From Chlamydiia bacterium (GTDB lineage: Bacteria > Chlamydiota > Chlamydiia > Chlamydiales > JBMOFD01), in the NCBI GenBank assembly GCA_049314435.1, contig JBMOFD010000013.1, positions 1-30,786 on the forward strand: a stretch of 30,786 bases of DNA, read 5' to 3'. The notes under the pieces were generated by a model. It ran no database searches, had not been told where the DNA came from, and saw only the letters and a program-made list of their open reading frames with translations. The position numbers were made by a program, and so were the translations under genes. Positions 1 to 8,765 of this stretch are shown one piece after another; position 1 is the stretch's first letter; the number at the start of each line of letters is the position of its first letter.

Positions 1-972
1 GACCTGAAGCGTGTGAACAAGAAGAACTTTGAGCTCCTCGCCGATGCAGGCGCCTTTGACTTCACGGGATGGAGTCGAGATGCCCTCAAGGCCTTTTTGG
101 AGCTACAGTATGAAGCCTCCCTACGGCAGCAGAAGGACCGTCAAGCTGGATTCATGGACCTCTTCCAGAGTCAGCAGCAGGGGCCAGCAGCCGCCCTCGT
201 GGCACCGACTGTGGCACAACCACGGGCACCAATCCAGCTGTGGTTGCGAGAGAAGGAGCTCTTAGGATTCTTCCTGACGGGGCACCCCATGGACCACTAC
301 AGGGAGATTCTACAGCGTCTAAGCTGTGTGGCCCTCAATGATGTGGAAGGCCTGCCCCATCAAACGCTGTTTCGATGTGCCTTCATCATTGAAAGCCTTG
401 AAACGAGGATCTCAGCGAAGTCCGGTAAGAAGTTCGCCATTCTGCAGATCAGCGATGGCTTTGAGAGCTATGAGCTACCCATTTGGCCGGAACTCTACGA
501 GCAGAATCACGATCTACTCAGCCCCAACCGACTGCTCTACGCCATCCTGCAGATCGATCATGCCAGTGGGGAGAGCCTCCGCCTACAAGCCAAATGGGTC
601 GCCGATCTGACCCAGGCCGATGAGTCGATGGTACAAGCGTGCGACCGCGCCTACGACAAGGCCAAAAATGGTCTACGGCAAGCGGAGTACCGCAACCAAG
701 CAAGAGCCGCAGCACCGCCACCTGTGGCAGCTCCTCCAGCAGCCCCCGCCCTGCTACTTCAGGTCGATGTTCGACAAGCTCGCCTCTCGCATGTGCTCGC
801 TCTCAAGCAGATCCTTCATCGCCACCGCGGTCCCTCCTCACTCGAGGTCCACTTCCAGCTTGATCAGCGCTGCGTCGGTCAGCTTCGCATCCCAGCAAAG
901 TGGGGTGTACAACCCTCACCCATTCTGATTGAGGCATTGCTTCAGCTACCGGGTGTGTTTTTACCGCAGTGA
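1..972 (+). CDS. dnaE: DNA polymerase III alpha subunit, C-terminal part (5' truncated by window edge)
   Basis: Typical DnaE C-terminal segments: VNKKNFELLADAGAFD, EKELLGFFLTGHP, OB-fold (SKSGKKFAILQISD-like) and the CTD LKQILHRHRGPSSL. The frame is open from base 1. Confidence 0.93.
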   Translation, partial: DLKRVNKKNFELLADAGAFDFTGWSRDALKAFLELQYEASLRQQKDRQAGFMDLFQSQQQGPAAALVAPTVAQPRAPIQLWLREKELLGFFLTGHPMDHYREILQRLSCVALNDVEGLPHQTLFRCAFIIESLETRISAKSGKKFAILQISDGFESYELPIWPELYEQNHDLLSPNRLLYAILQIDHASGESLRLQAKWVADLTQADESMVQACDRAYDKAKNGLRQAEYRNQARAAAPPPVAAPPAAPALLLQVDVRQARLSHVLALKQILHRHRGPSSLEVHFQLDQRCVGQLRIPAKWGVQPSPILIEALLQLPGVFLPQ

Positions 973-976
973 GGCC

Positions 977-1026
977 GGAGCTCTGCTCCACACCACGCTG
1001 GAGGATTTCATCCTCCAGGCCTCCTG
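977..1026. repeat. Two-hairpin REP-like element, copy A
   Basis: GGAGC-TCT-GCTCC, an 8-nt linker, then CTGGAGGAT-TTC-ATCCTCCAG and GCCTCCTG. It is 39/50 nt identical to 2272-2321. Confidence 0.8.
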
Positions 1027-1222
1027 AATGGATAAATTAGTATATTAAACACTTTATTAGCTATCAGTTCTGAGGAAACTCCAGAAAGAGGTATAATGGA
1101 TCTCTCCCTAGGTCGAGGTCGCAGTTTCCTTCATCTAGGTGGTCTCTTCACCACGAAGAAGACCGCCTATGCACAGGGGACCTTGGTCTTGGCATAGGGG
1201 CCGATCAACAGAGGCAGAGCAC

Positions 1223-2233
1223 ATGCGGTTACAAAAAGTTCTATTAACAGGGCTATGCCTTCTCAGCGGAACGCATGGACTTTACGCTAAGGAGACCACC
1301 TCTGGGTTCAATCCCAGCCATGTGGCTTTAGCGACCGATTCGCCCTCGGCGGACGCTCTTCACCGCAATATGGTGAACAGCTGGGATGCGGCTGAGTGGA
1401 GCGATGTGCTCATGTATGGCGAGCAGCTCCTCGAAGAGTTTCCCTCCTCTCCTCTCGCACAGGAAGTCCCCTTTCTTCTGGGCATGGCTCACTACCAGCT
1501 CAATGAATCCACTCTGGCGGTAGAGCAACTGGATCGGTACTTACTGCAGAGCGCACCACGTCGCTTTGTGGAAGCCCTCGAAGTCAAGCTGCTCATCGCA
1601 GAGCACTGGGCAGCTGGCGGGAAGAAGCGCCTATTCGATGTCCGGGCTCTCCCCAAGTGGCAATCGGCCCATGAGCAGTCTATTCAGCTTTTTGACGAGG
1701 TCTTGGCCTCGCTGCCCAACCATCCATTGGCCACACGAGCCCTGTTAGGCAAGGGAAAGGTCCTCCGTCAAGAGGGCGACCTTAAGGGCGCCATGGAGTG
1801 CTCGCAACAGCTGATCCGCAAGTTCCCACGCGATCTGCTAGCCCAGGAAGCGTATGTCCAGCTCACCGAGATGTATGAGGAGCAAGGCCGTACACACTTC
1901 CACGATCCCAACCTGTTGGACCAGGCTGAACTCACGGTAAACAAGTTTGAAAGGGCCTTCCCAGGTTCTCCACGGATTGCGGAAGCACGTCTGACCTTGG
2001 ACAGGATCCGAGAGCGCTATGCCTCTGGCTGTTTGGAAACGGCTCGCTTCTACCAGAAGCTTGGGCATCCATCAGCGGCAGCTGTGTACTACGGCACTGT
2101 GCTCCGACAATATGGAAAGACCGCCGCTGTGCAAGAGGCCAAGAAGGGGCTCTTAGGGCTGCGGAAGAGGGGTCAGCTTTCACAGGAGTTCCTCCCCTTG
2201 ATAGAAGAAGCAGCCCCAGTACAGTCTAGCTAG
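1223..2233 (+). CDS. bamD: Outer-membrane assembly BamD-like TPR protein (CT547-like)
   Basis: Signal-peptide-like N-terminus MRLQKVLLTGLCLLSGTHGLYA; TPR helices (FPSSPLAQEVPFLLGMAHY, FPGSPRIAEA, ARFYQKLGHPSAAAVYY). Start moved from 1139 to ATG 1223 (GAGG upstream, signal peptide begins there). Position after dnaE fits chlamydial synteny. Confidence 0.72.
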   Translation: MRLQKVLLTGLCLLSGTHGLYAKETTSGFNPSHVALATDSPSADALHRNMVNSWDAAEWSDVLMYGEQLLEEFPSSPLAQEVPFLLGMAHYQLNESTLAVEQLDRYLLQSAPRRFVEALEVKLLIAEHWAAGGKKRLFDVRALPKWQSAHEQSIQLFDEVLASLPNHPLATRALLGKGKVLRQEGDLKGAMECSQQLIRKFPRDLLAQEAYVQLTEMYEEQGRTHFHDPNLLDQAELTVNKFERAFPGSPRIAEARLTLDRIRERYASGCLETARFYQKLGHPSAAAVYYGTVLRQYGKTAAVQEAKKGLLGLRKRGQLSQEFLPLIEEAAPVQSS

Positions 2234-2241
2234 GCAGCTCG

Positions 2242-2949
2242 ATGGGCCCCTCGCAGGCAAGCTGTGTTGGTGGGGCAGCGCCCCACCCCCCGCTGGAGGA
2301 CTCCGTCCTCCAGACCTCCTGGATCAGGAAAGTAGGGGGCCTTTGTCTTTTGGGCGGCATGCTCTTTACATGCGTGAGTTGTGGTTATCGATCAGAGGCT
2401 CTTGACTCTCCCAGAGCCACCATCGCGATTCCCTTCATCAGGGGCGATCGTGATGGCAGTCTGACAGCCGCCCTCTCCGAAGCCGCCCTTCTCCAGGGAT
2501 TCCGTCTTGATCGAGCTGCACCCGTTGTCTTAGATGTAGAGATCCCCCCCTTTGATACTGTGGATATCGGCCGCATCTACGAGCGCACCTGCTGTGGACA
2601 GCTCACCCAAATCTCCGTGCCCAATGAGGCGCGTCTCTCTGTCACAGCCACGATCCGCGGCTGTGATCGCAATGGCCGCACACTCTTTGGACCCTTCCAA
2701 GTCCGATCGGAGATCAATTACGACTTTCAGTCCGATTTGAGTCAGAACATGACCTTCTGCGCCCACGGCATCACCTACGAGACCCTTCGATTTGGGCGCG
2801 GGCAGCTCGATTTCTTCGGGGCGGCCCAGGATGCTGCCGTCACACCTCTTGAACAAAAACTGGCCGTCCGAATGATGGAGGCTGTACGAGTCGCATGGGA
2901 TTGCTGGCAATCTCCTCAGGCAGAGACGGCGGAGGAACCCCTCCTTTAG
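2242..2949 (+). CDS. LptE-like (LPS assembly) lipoprotein, CT548-like
   Basis: Hydrophobic stretch and lipobox VS-C followed by GY; TIAIPFIRGD..G.LT.AL pattern; lies between the BamD-like gene and rsbW as in Chlamydia. Start uncertain (see findings). Confidence 0.65.
   Translation: MGPSQASCVGGAAPHPPLEDSVLQTSWIRKVGGLCLLGGMLFTCVSCGYRSEALDSPRATIAIPFIRGDRDGSLTAALSEAALLQGFRLDRAAPVVLDVEIPPFDTVDIGRIYERTCCGQLTQISVPNEARLSVTATIRGCDRNGRTLFGPFQVRSEINYDFQSDLSQNMTFCAHGITYETLRFGRGQLDFFGAAQDAAVTPLEQKLAVRMMEAVRVAWDCWQSPQAETAEEPLL
2272..2321. repeat. Two-hairpin REP-like element, copy B
   Basis: GGGGC-AGC-GCCCC, an 8-nt linker, then CTGGAGGAC-TCC-GTCCTCCAG and ACCTCCTG. Shows compensatory base changes relative to copy A. 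Confidence 0.8.
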
Positions 2950-3018
2950 TCCTTGCTGTTGAGGAGCACCCGCTCCGTAGCGACCAAGCCACGAGGATCA
3001 GGGAGCTCGACAAACAGC

Positions 3019-3420
3019 ATGGATGAGGTCCTCGACTTAAGTTCGATTCCACAGATTCTCAATCGGGTCCGCATGAAGGCCATCGAAGCTGGCCTAGAAC
3101 CCAAAGCGGTCATGCAGGTAGAGCTCGCCGTGGAGGAGCTCCTCATCAATGCTCTGAAGCACGGGTATCGAGGAGAGGCTGGATGGGTGGAACTAGTACT
3201 AATTGCGGAACCAGGTGAGCAGCTCGAGATCGTATGTCGTGATCGGGCCCCGCACTTCAACATGCTGGCGGTCCCCTCCGACTACTCCCGCGATCTGCCC
3301 CTAGAAGAGCGCCCCATCGGAGGCCTCGGATTGCCTTTGATCAAGGCCTTCTTCGACGAAATTGAATACGCGCCCCTGTCTCCCGGCAATGAACTGCGCT
3401 GCCGCCGACTTGTGCTCTAA
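3019..3420 (+). CDS. rsbW: Anti-sigma factor / Ser kinase RsbW (HATPase_c)
   Basis: N-box ELAVEELLINALKHGY, G1 DRAPHFN and G2 RPIGGLGLPLIK. Start placed at ATG 3019; the ORF track starts at TTG 2953. Confidence 0.9.
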   Translation: MDEVLDLSSIPQILNRVRMKAIEAGLEPKAVMQVELAVEELLINALKHGYRGEAGWVELVLIAEPGEQLEIVCRDRAPHFNMLAVPSDYSRDLPLEERPIGGLGLPLIKAFFDEIEYAPLSPGNELRCRRLVL

Positions 3421-3869
3421 CCAGCAGCTCGCTGGATCCGCTGGATGAAGGCCTCATTCTCGAGGACCTCCTCGAGGTAGTGCTCCAGTACCTTTAGAAT
3501 ATGAGAGGGGGTATTGAAGACCCCCGTCGTAGCAAAGACCAGCTCTAGATGGGGCTTGGTCTCTCGATTCACAGCCACAAGGGTATAGGTCTCCGGGCGG
3601 CCACTCACGACCCTCGGCACGATCCATACGGAGAATTGCTCGTTGAACAGCGTCACCTTTTCGGGAGATTCAATGACATGGAAGCGTTCAGCAATCTTCT
3701 CTTCTACACCCCGACTGTCCTGGAGGAAGCTCTCGTTGGAACTGAGAATCCCCTCTCGCTGGAGAAGTTCCAAATCGATGCGGATGATCCAATCCGGAGC
3801 CGAGCGCTCTATGTCTTTAGCGTACTCACGAAAAGCCTGCTCGATATCCATAGGATTCATCACGCCCAC
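3417..3869 (-). CDS. Conserved chlamydial hypothetical protein (CT550-like)
   Basis: 150 aa containing FHVIESPEKVTLFNEQFSVWIVP and ELVFATTGVFNT..ILKVLE. Convergent with rsbW and divergent from dacC, as I recall for Chlamydia. Strong promoter upstream. Confidence 0.75.
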   Translation of the reverse strand: MGVMNPMDIEQAFREYAKDIERSAPDWIIRIDLELLQREGILSSNESFLQDSRGVEEKIAERFHVIESPEKVTLFNEQFSVWIVPRVVSGRPETYTLVAVNRETKPHLELVFATTGVFNTPSHILKVLEHYLEEVLENEAFIQRIQRAAG

Positions 3870-3889
3870 CTCGACTGCTCCTAAGCATC

Positions 3890-3918
3890 ACTATATAATT
3901 ATTTTTTAACCCTGTCAA
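3890..3918 (-). promoter_or_regulatory. Sigma70/sigma66-type promoter for the CT550-like gene
   Basis: Minus strand reads TTGACA (3918-3913), a 17-nt AT-rich spacer, then TATAGT (3895-3890), about 20 nt before the start. Confidence 0.75.
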
Positions 3919-4118
3919 GTCTGCCCCTCGAGGGGACTATACGGATGGTGTTGAAGATCATATGGATGCGCTACAGCCCGGGTGACAGAGGGGATATGAG
4001 CGATAGAAGCGGAGCCATTTCCTAGGCAGGCGGATGGCCCTTGGTGGCTTTTAGAGGCATTTGGAGTAGTGGGTTGCAGCCGATGTTCTCTTCTCATATA
4101 GAATGGGATGGACCGATC

Positions 4119-5429
4119 ATGATGCTACGCCCTCTCCTCTCGTTTTTCCTTGCTCTTGGCTCCTTCCTGGCTACCACGCTCTGGGGGCTACACCTTGACG
4201 TCTCTGCTCCATCCGCCGTCCTTGTGCGCGCAGCCGATGGGCGTCCTCTCTGGTCGAAGGGGGAGAACGTCAGGCGGCCACCTGCGAGTTTAACGAAGAT
4301 CGCCACGGCCTGGTGGATCCTGCGCCAATATGGGGATCGTCTGGAGGAGCTGGTCCCCATCCCAGCGGGAGCGCTCGTGATGCTATCAAGGGCCGAGCGC
4401 GAGCGATCGAACCCTTGGGCGAGAGAGAGTGGCGATCTGAACATAGAGCTCCGAGCTGGGGAGATCCTCACCGTACGCAGCCTGCTTGAGGGGATGCTCC
4501 TTCGCAGTGCAGGGGATGCGGCCAACGCCCTAGCTTGGCATTTTGGTAAGGGCTCGATCTCCTCCTTCATGGAGGAGCTCAACCGCGGGTTGCAGCAGGA
4601 GCTAGGTCTGCGGGATACGCAGTTCCTCAATCCTCACGGCCACGAGCATCGGGACCATTACTCGACAGCTGGAGATCTAGCGCGGATTGCCGTGGCGGCC
4701 TCGAAGGACCCGGAATTTAGTCGTATTGTGGCCCTGCCCTCTTATCAGAGGCCAGCCACAGAGCTACACAATGGCCAACGTTTGCGCTCCACTAACCCGC
4801 TCCTCTGGCCGGGGCCCTACTTCCATCCCCATGCAAAGGGGATGAAGACAGGGTACACGACGAAAGCAGGGGCCTGTTTGATTGCGTCCGCTGACAATGG
4901 CACTCGCTCTGTGATCTATGTCTCTCTCGCTTCTCATGGTCCTAGTCGATGGAATGACGCTCGTCATGCGATCGATTTGGCCTTCCAGGAAAAGCCCGCC
5001 ATGCGGACCTATCATCTCGGGGGGTTGATCGGTAAGCCACGGGCGATCCACGGAGGACGTCACCCCGTACAGGGGATGCTGATCCATCCCCTGCGGATAG
5101 CGCGCTTCCCCAGTGAGGAGCGTCCGGTAAGTCTTGAGATCAATTGGGATACGAATCTGCGACCCCCCATCCTCCGTGAACAGGTCCTGGGCATCGTCCG
5201 TCTTGTCGATGAGGGTGGGGAGGTGTTAGCTGAGGCCACGTTAGCCGCGGCAGCCGACGTGCCAGCCACCTGGACCTATCGTATGTCTACCCTATGGAAG
5301 CATTGGGGCTGGAAGGGTCAGGTCGCTCTGCTAGGGAGTCTCTTCCTTAGCATTGCTGTGTGGCTATGGGCTCTTCTCTATTGCTCAAAGCGAGAGACTG
5401 CAACAACGAGAGCCACTGATCCAAGTTAA
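4119..5429 (+). CDS. dacC: D-alanyl-D-alanine carboxypeptidase (PBP6/DacC, peptidase S11)
   Basis: SxxK (PASLTK), FLNPHG, HYSTAGDLA and KTG (GMKTGYT); N-terminal signal and C-terminal membrane anchor. The SxN position reads SAG. Start placed at ATG 4119. Confidence 0.88.
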   Translation: MMLRPLLSFFLALGSFLATTLWGLHLDVSAPSAVLVRAADGRPLWSKGENVRRPPASLTKIATAWWILRQYGDRLEELVPIPAGALVMLSRAERERSNPWARESGDLNIELRAGEILTVRSLLEGMLLRSAGDAANALAWHFGKGSISSFMEELNRGLQQELGLRDTQFLNPHGHEHRDHYSTAGDLARIAVAASKDPEFSRIVALPSYQRPATELHNGQRLRSTNPLLWPGPYFHPHAKGMKTGYTTKAGACLIASADNGTRSVIYVSLASHGPSRWNDARHAIDLAFQEKPAMRTYHLGGLIGKPRAIHGGRHPVQGMLIHPLRIARFPSEERPVSLEINWDTNLRPPILREQVLGIVRLVDEGGEVLAEATLAAAADVPATWTYRMSTLWKHWGWKGQVALLGSLFLSIAVWLWALLYCSKRETATTRATDPS

Positions 5430-6198
5430 GCTCTTCTGGGCGCTGCTCAGGACGAAGCGAGGCTTGCCGAAGTGCCCAATCGAGAGCCTCTCGTTCGACA
5501 TAACCACTTAGACTCGACCGAAGCATCTTACGTCGCTGCTGGAAAGCACGTTTTGCCCACACCATCGCCTCTTCCATTCTCTCTGGAGGAGCCCTCAATT
5601 CAAGGCTCACCACTGCAGAATCAACTTTGGGTTGAGGGCGGAACGAGGAGGAAGGCACTCGACAAACAAGCTTAGGCGTTGAACACGCCTGCACAAATAG
5701 AGAGAGTAGCCCCCACTGCTTGGTGCCGGGAACAGCCAAAAGACGTTGTGCCACCTCCCACTGCACCATGACGACTAACCGTTTGAAGCGAGTGTGCATA
5801 GGGAGAAAACGCCCCAATAACGGCGCCGTGATCGCATAGGGCAGGTTACCGACCATCACCTCAACACCGCCCTGCTCGATAGGCTCTAGTGAGCACTGGA
5901 GGGCGTCTGCTTGGATGACAGTGAGGTTTGGGTGAGATCGTCGCTCTAAGGCTTGCGCCATACCACGGTCTAGCTCGATGGCCCACACCTGAGCGCCCCG
6001 TTTTAGAAGCTCCTCAGTGAGGACACCGGGACCTGGCCCGATCTCAAGAACGCGTTGAATACCCTCTCGCATCGTTTCATCCACGATGCGATGCAGAACC
6101 ATGGCATCCACCAGAAAATTTTGGGAGAAGCGCTTCTGAGCTCTCAGACCCTCTTCTTTTAAAAAGGACTGCAGATGACGAGGGTCTGAGAGCTGCAT
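5347..6198 (-). CDS. rsmA: 16S rRNA adenine dimethyltransferase RsmA/KsgA
   Basis: KRFSQNFLVD, VLEIGPGPGVLT, GNLPYAIT, MVQWEVAQR, FRPQPKVDSAVV and AFQQRRKML. Confidence 0.96.
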   Translation of the reverse strand: MQLSDPRHLQSFLKEEGLRAQKRFSQNFLVDAMVLHRIVDETMREGIQRVLEIGPGPGVLTEELLKRGAQVWAIELDRGMAQALERRSHPNLTVIQADALQCSLEPIEQGGVEVMVGNLPYAITAPLLGRFLPMHTRFKRLVVMVQWEVAQRLLAVPGTKQWGLLSLFVQACSTPKLVCRVPSSSFRPQPKVDSAVVSLELRAPPERMEEAMVWAKRAFQQRRKMLRSSLSGYVEREALDWALRQASLRPEQRPEELNLDQWLSLLQSLALSNREEPIATQQC

Positions 6199-6202
6199 GA
6201 GC

Positions 6203-7348
6203 CTACCGCACCTCGAAGGGGGTCAGATCTGAGGGCACCATTCTTTGCAGATCTCGATCGGTCATGCCATAGCGCTCGCGAAGAGTCGACACATACTCAT
6301 GGTGGAACTTGGAGGCTTGCTCTTCAGTCAAACGATCTTGAATCTTCTGAGCCATCTCCGAGAAGGGGGCCACTGTGGGCTCGTCTCGACCTGTGAGAAG
6401 GAAGATTCGCTGGACGGTGCTCTGATCAGCTCGCGACTGCTGCTGCACAGGGGCACTGAATGCACCTACCTGGAGCTTCTCAAGGATCTCACGGTGACCA
6501 CTGGCAATCTTAGGGAGAGGCCTAGAGAACTCCTCTGACAGTTGGCAGGTCACGCCTTTCGGCAGTGCATCCCCCTCCTGCAGCTTGGCTAACACCTCTT
6601 GAGCCGAGTAGTTCCCGTCAGAAAAGAGTTGGTGAGCCTTCTCAATGGTGGCTTCTGCCAGGTCCTTCTTCGAGGAGCGCACCGTCAGGATCCGATATCG
6701 GCATGAACGTTCCTCTTCAGCCTTGGCAAGCACCTGTTGATAGGAGTCACGGACCTGATCGGGTGTCACAGAGGTGAAGGCTGGGAAGTAGACCATCCCT
6801 CCCATCATTTTCTGCGACTTCAACTCCAGCCGGATCATCTCCCAGGCTTCGTTCAGCTCGAGGTTCATCGATTCCATAGCCACAGCGAGGTCCACACCAA
6901 AACGGCGGATCATCTCCTCGCGCACATCACCATCCGCTACATCGAGCTCACGCTCTTCAGCATCAGCCAAGACAAGCTTTTGATTGATCAGCTCATCCAG
7001 AGCGCTCCTCCACTGAGTTTGGAAGAATTCCCACTTTGCTTGCGGCACGGTTCGGTACTGAGGGAACATCGTATAAAACTGCACTTCCATGTGCTTCTGC
7101 ACATCGAGCACGGAGATCGGCTCCCCAAGAACGGTACAGAGGACGCGATTGTTCACGCGAAGATTGGCCATGAGATCGCGACGAGGAGCCGCTACAGCGC
7201 CTGCCACTCCCATTTCAGGAAGTATAGAGGCTGCTACGGGTTGAGACACCTCGGCCTCAACAGCCACGCCGTAGCATGCACAGAGACTAAGAAGAGCTGC
7301 GCTCAGAGCGCGCCAAGACCGCAACATATAACCCATCCATTCCCCCAC
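6203..7348 (-). CDS. SurA/parvulin-like periplasmic chaperone (CT355-like)
   Basis: Signal peptide; SurA N-domain-like NRVLCTVLGEPISVLDV and ALDELINQKLVLADA; degenerate PPIase-like C-terminal part (LEKLQVGAFSAPV); adjacent to rsmA. Start may be ATG 7327. Confidence 0.7.
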   Translation of the reverse strand: MGEWMGYMLRSWRALSAALLSLCACYGVAVEAEVSQPVAASILPEMGVAGAVAAPRRDLMANLRVNNRVLCTVLGEPISVLDVQKHMEVQFYTMFPQYRTVPQAKWEFFQTQWRSALDELINQKLVLADAEERELDVADGDVREEMIRRFGVDLAVAMESMNLELNEAWEMIRLELKSQKMMGGMVYFPAFTSVTPDQVRDSYQQVLAKAEEERSCRYRILTVRSSKKDLAEATIEKAHQLFSDGNYSAQEVLAKLQEGDALPKGVTCQLSEEFSRPLPKIASGHREILEKLQVGAFSAPVQQQSRADQSTVQRIFLLTGRDEPTVAPFSEMAQKIQDRLTEEQASKFHHEYVSTLRERYGMTDRDLQRMVPSDLTPFEVR

Positions 7349-8459
7349 TGATTGGAAGACTGCTCCACTCCTCGAGACAGGACCATCCCTGACTCTTGAG
7401 CCAACTCACTTGATGCTGATTTTCGCTTTCTAGAATGCTGCATGTAGCATAGACCAGGCGGCCATTCGGCTTCACATAAGCACTTGCCTGTTCCAGAATC
7501 TCTCTCTGCAATAAGCAGAGCCTCTCCACATCAGCTTCGTGCAGTCGCCACTTCATCTCAGGATTCCTCCTGAGCGTACCCGTTCCCGAGCAGGGCGCGT
7601 CGACAAGAACCCAATCACAACGATGCTTGAGAAGCCTTAGAGGACGACTCTCTGGCTGGACCTCCTGCGCGTTCTGAATCCCAGCTCGTTTCAGCCGCGC
7701 CTTCGCCTGAAGCAATGCCTGAGGCCGGATATCATGCAGATAGAGCTGACCTGTCCCAGCCAAGGCTGGCGCAATCGCTAGGCTCTTCCCTCCAGCACCG
7801 GCACAGAAGTCGAGCACGGTCTCTCCAGGCTGAGCTCTGACCCGCTCTGCCACCAACTGGCTAGCTAGATCCTGAATTTCAAAATGACCTTCCTGATACG
7901 CATCGAGCTGCGTCACATAGGTCCTGACTGGCAACCGCAATGCAGCGATCTGCTCTGGGCATGCTTCAAGACCTTCCAGGGCACTCAATCGTTGCATCAG
8001 TTGAGCACGAGTGGTCTTCGCCAGATTTGCCCTCAGATACAGGGGCGCCTCTTCCATGAAGACAGTCGCCAGCTCATGAGTTCGCTCTTCTCCATACTGA
8101 GCCGCCAGTCGTGACCACAGCCACTCAGGACACGCTCTCTGCAACCCAGGAGAGAGGCCCTGAGCCTCTCTCTGCCACTCACCTTGAAGGATCTCAGCGC
8201 GATCTTCCAGGTTGTCTCCAACCAACGCGTCTAGCGTCCCGCGGATCTTCTCGTGCAGCACAACTCGACTCGCCAACCAAGCTCGGTCTTTCGAGCCCAG
8301 CTGGGCATATCGTTTAGTATAGGCTCGGAAGGCCAGGTCCAATGGACCCCTTTGTGGGTCATACCCATCAAGGAATCTCAAAAGGTGGTACTGCCTAAAG
8401 GCTTCGGATCGTGAGGTTAATGCATGTTCCATAGAGAGCATGATACCATGCTCAAGCAC
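7287..8459 (-). CDS. rsmB: RsmB/NOP (Fmu/Sun) family RNA m5C methyltransferase
   Basis: FEIQDLASQ, VLDFCAGAGGKS, VLVDAPCSGTG, LVYATCS and MDGLYVA. The true start is probably ATG 8432. Confidence 0.88.
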   Translation of the reverse strand: MLEHGIMLSMEHALTSRSEAFRQYHLLRFLDGYDPQRGPLDLAFRAYTKRYAQLGSKDRAWLASRVVLHEKIRGTLDALVGDNLEDRAEILQGEWQREAQGLSPGLQRACPEWLWSRLAAQYGEERTHELATVFMEEAPLYLRANLAKTTRAQLMQRLSALEGLEACPEQIAALRLPVRTYVTQLDAYQEGHFEIQDLASQLVAERVRAQPGETVLDFCAGAGGKSLAIAPALAGTGQLYLHDIRPQALLQAKARLKRAGIQNAQEVQPESRPLRLLKHRCDWVLVDAPCSGTGTLRRNPEMKWRLHEADVERLCLLQREILEQASAYVKPNGRLVYATCSILESENQHQVSWLKSQGWSCLEEWSSLPISGGMDGLYVAVLARSERSSS

Positions 8460-8765
8460 AAAAATCTATTGAGCTGATGGGGGGCGCCTCGAGAGGGAAA
8501 CCTCCGACTAGAGCCCACCATGGGCGCAACTGCAATGGCTGGGAGAATGGAAAGTGTTTTCCAAATTTAAATTACTTAAATTTCTTTCAGAACAAACGAT
8601 ATTCCAACAACCAGCTGATGATAGATCTCTATATACGAAATAGTTTAATTATCTACCTTGTTCGGCAGTTAATCAATTTTATTGATAAACTATACTACGG
8701 ACCGGATCTATATATAACTACTAGACATCTCCTTTATAGTTATTAAAAAGTCCAGGAGGCTTTCG

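Noticed and set aside
3924..3935. CCCCTCGAGGGG palindrome next to the CT550-like promoter
   Set aside because: A single 12-bp GC palindrome with no second copy or known consensus; not enough evidence for a call.
4094..4630. 178-aa antisense ORF and the many similar shadow ORFs (e.g. 6737-7351, 12479-13024, 22426-22887, 27131-27577)
   Set aside because: They lie wholly within well-supported genes on another frame or strand, have no recognisable motifs, and are expected at this GC content.
8477..8746. 89-aa ORF in the AT-rich region
   Set aside because: No RBS, and composition (N, Y, I, L-rich) simply reflects AT-rich intergenic DNA.
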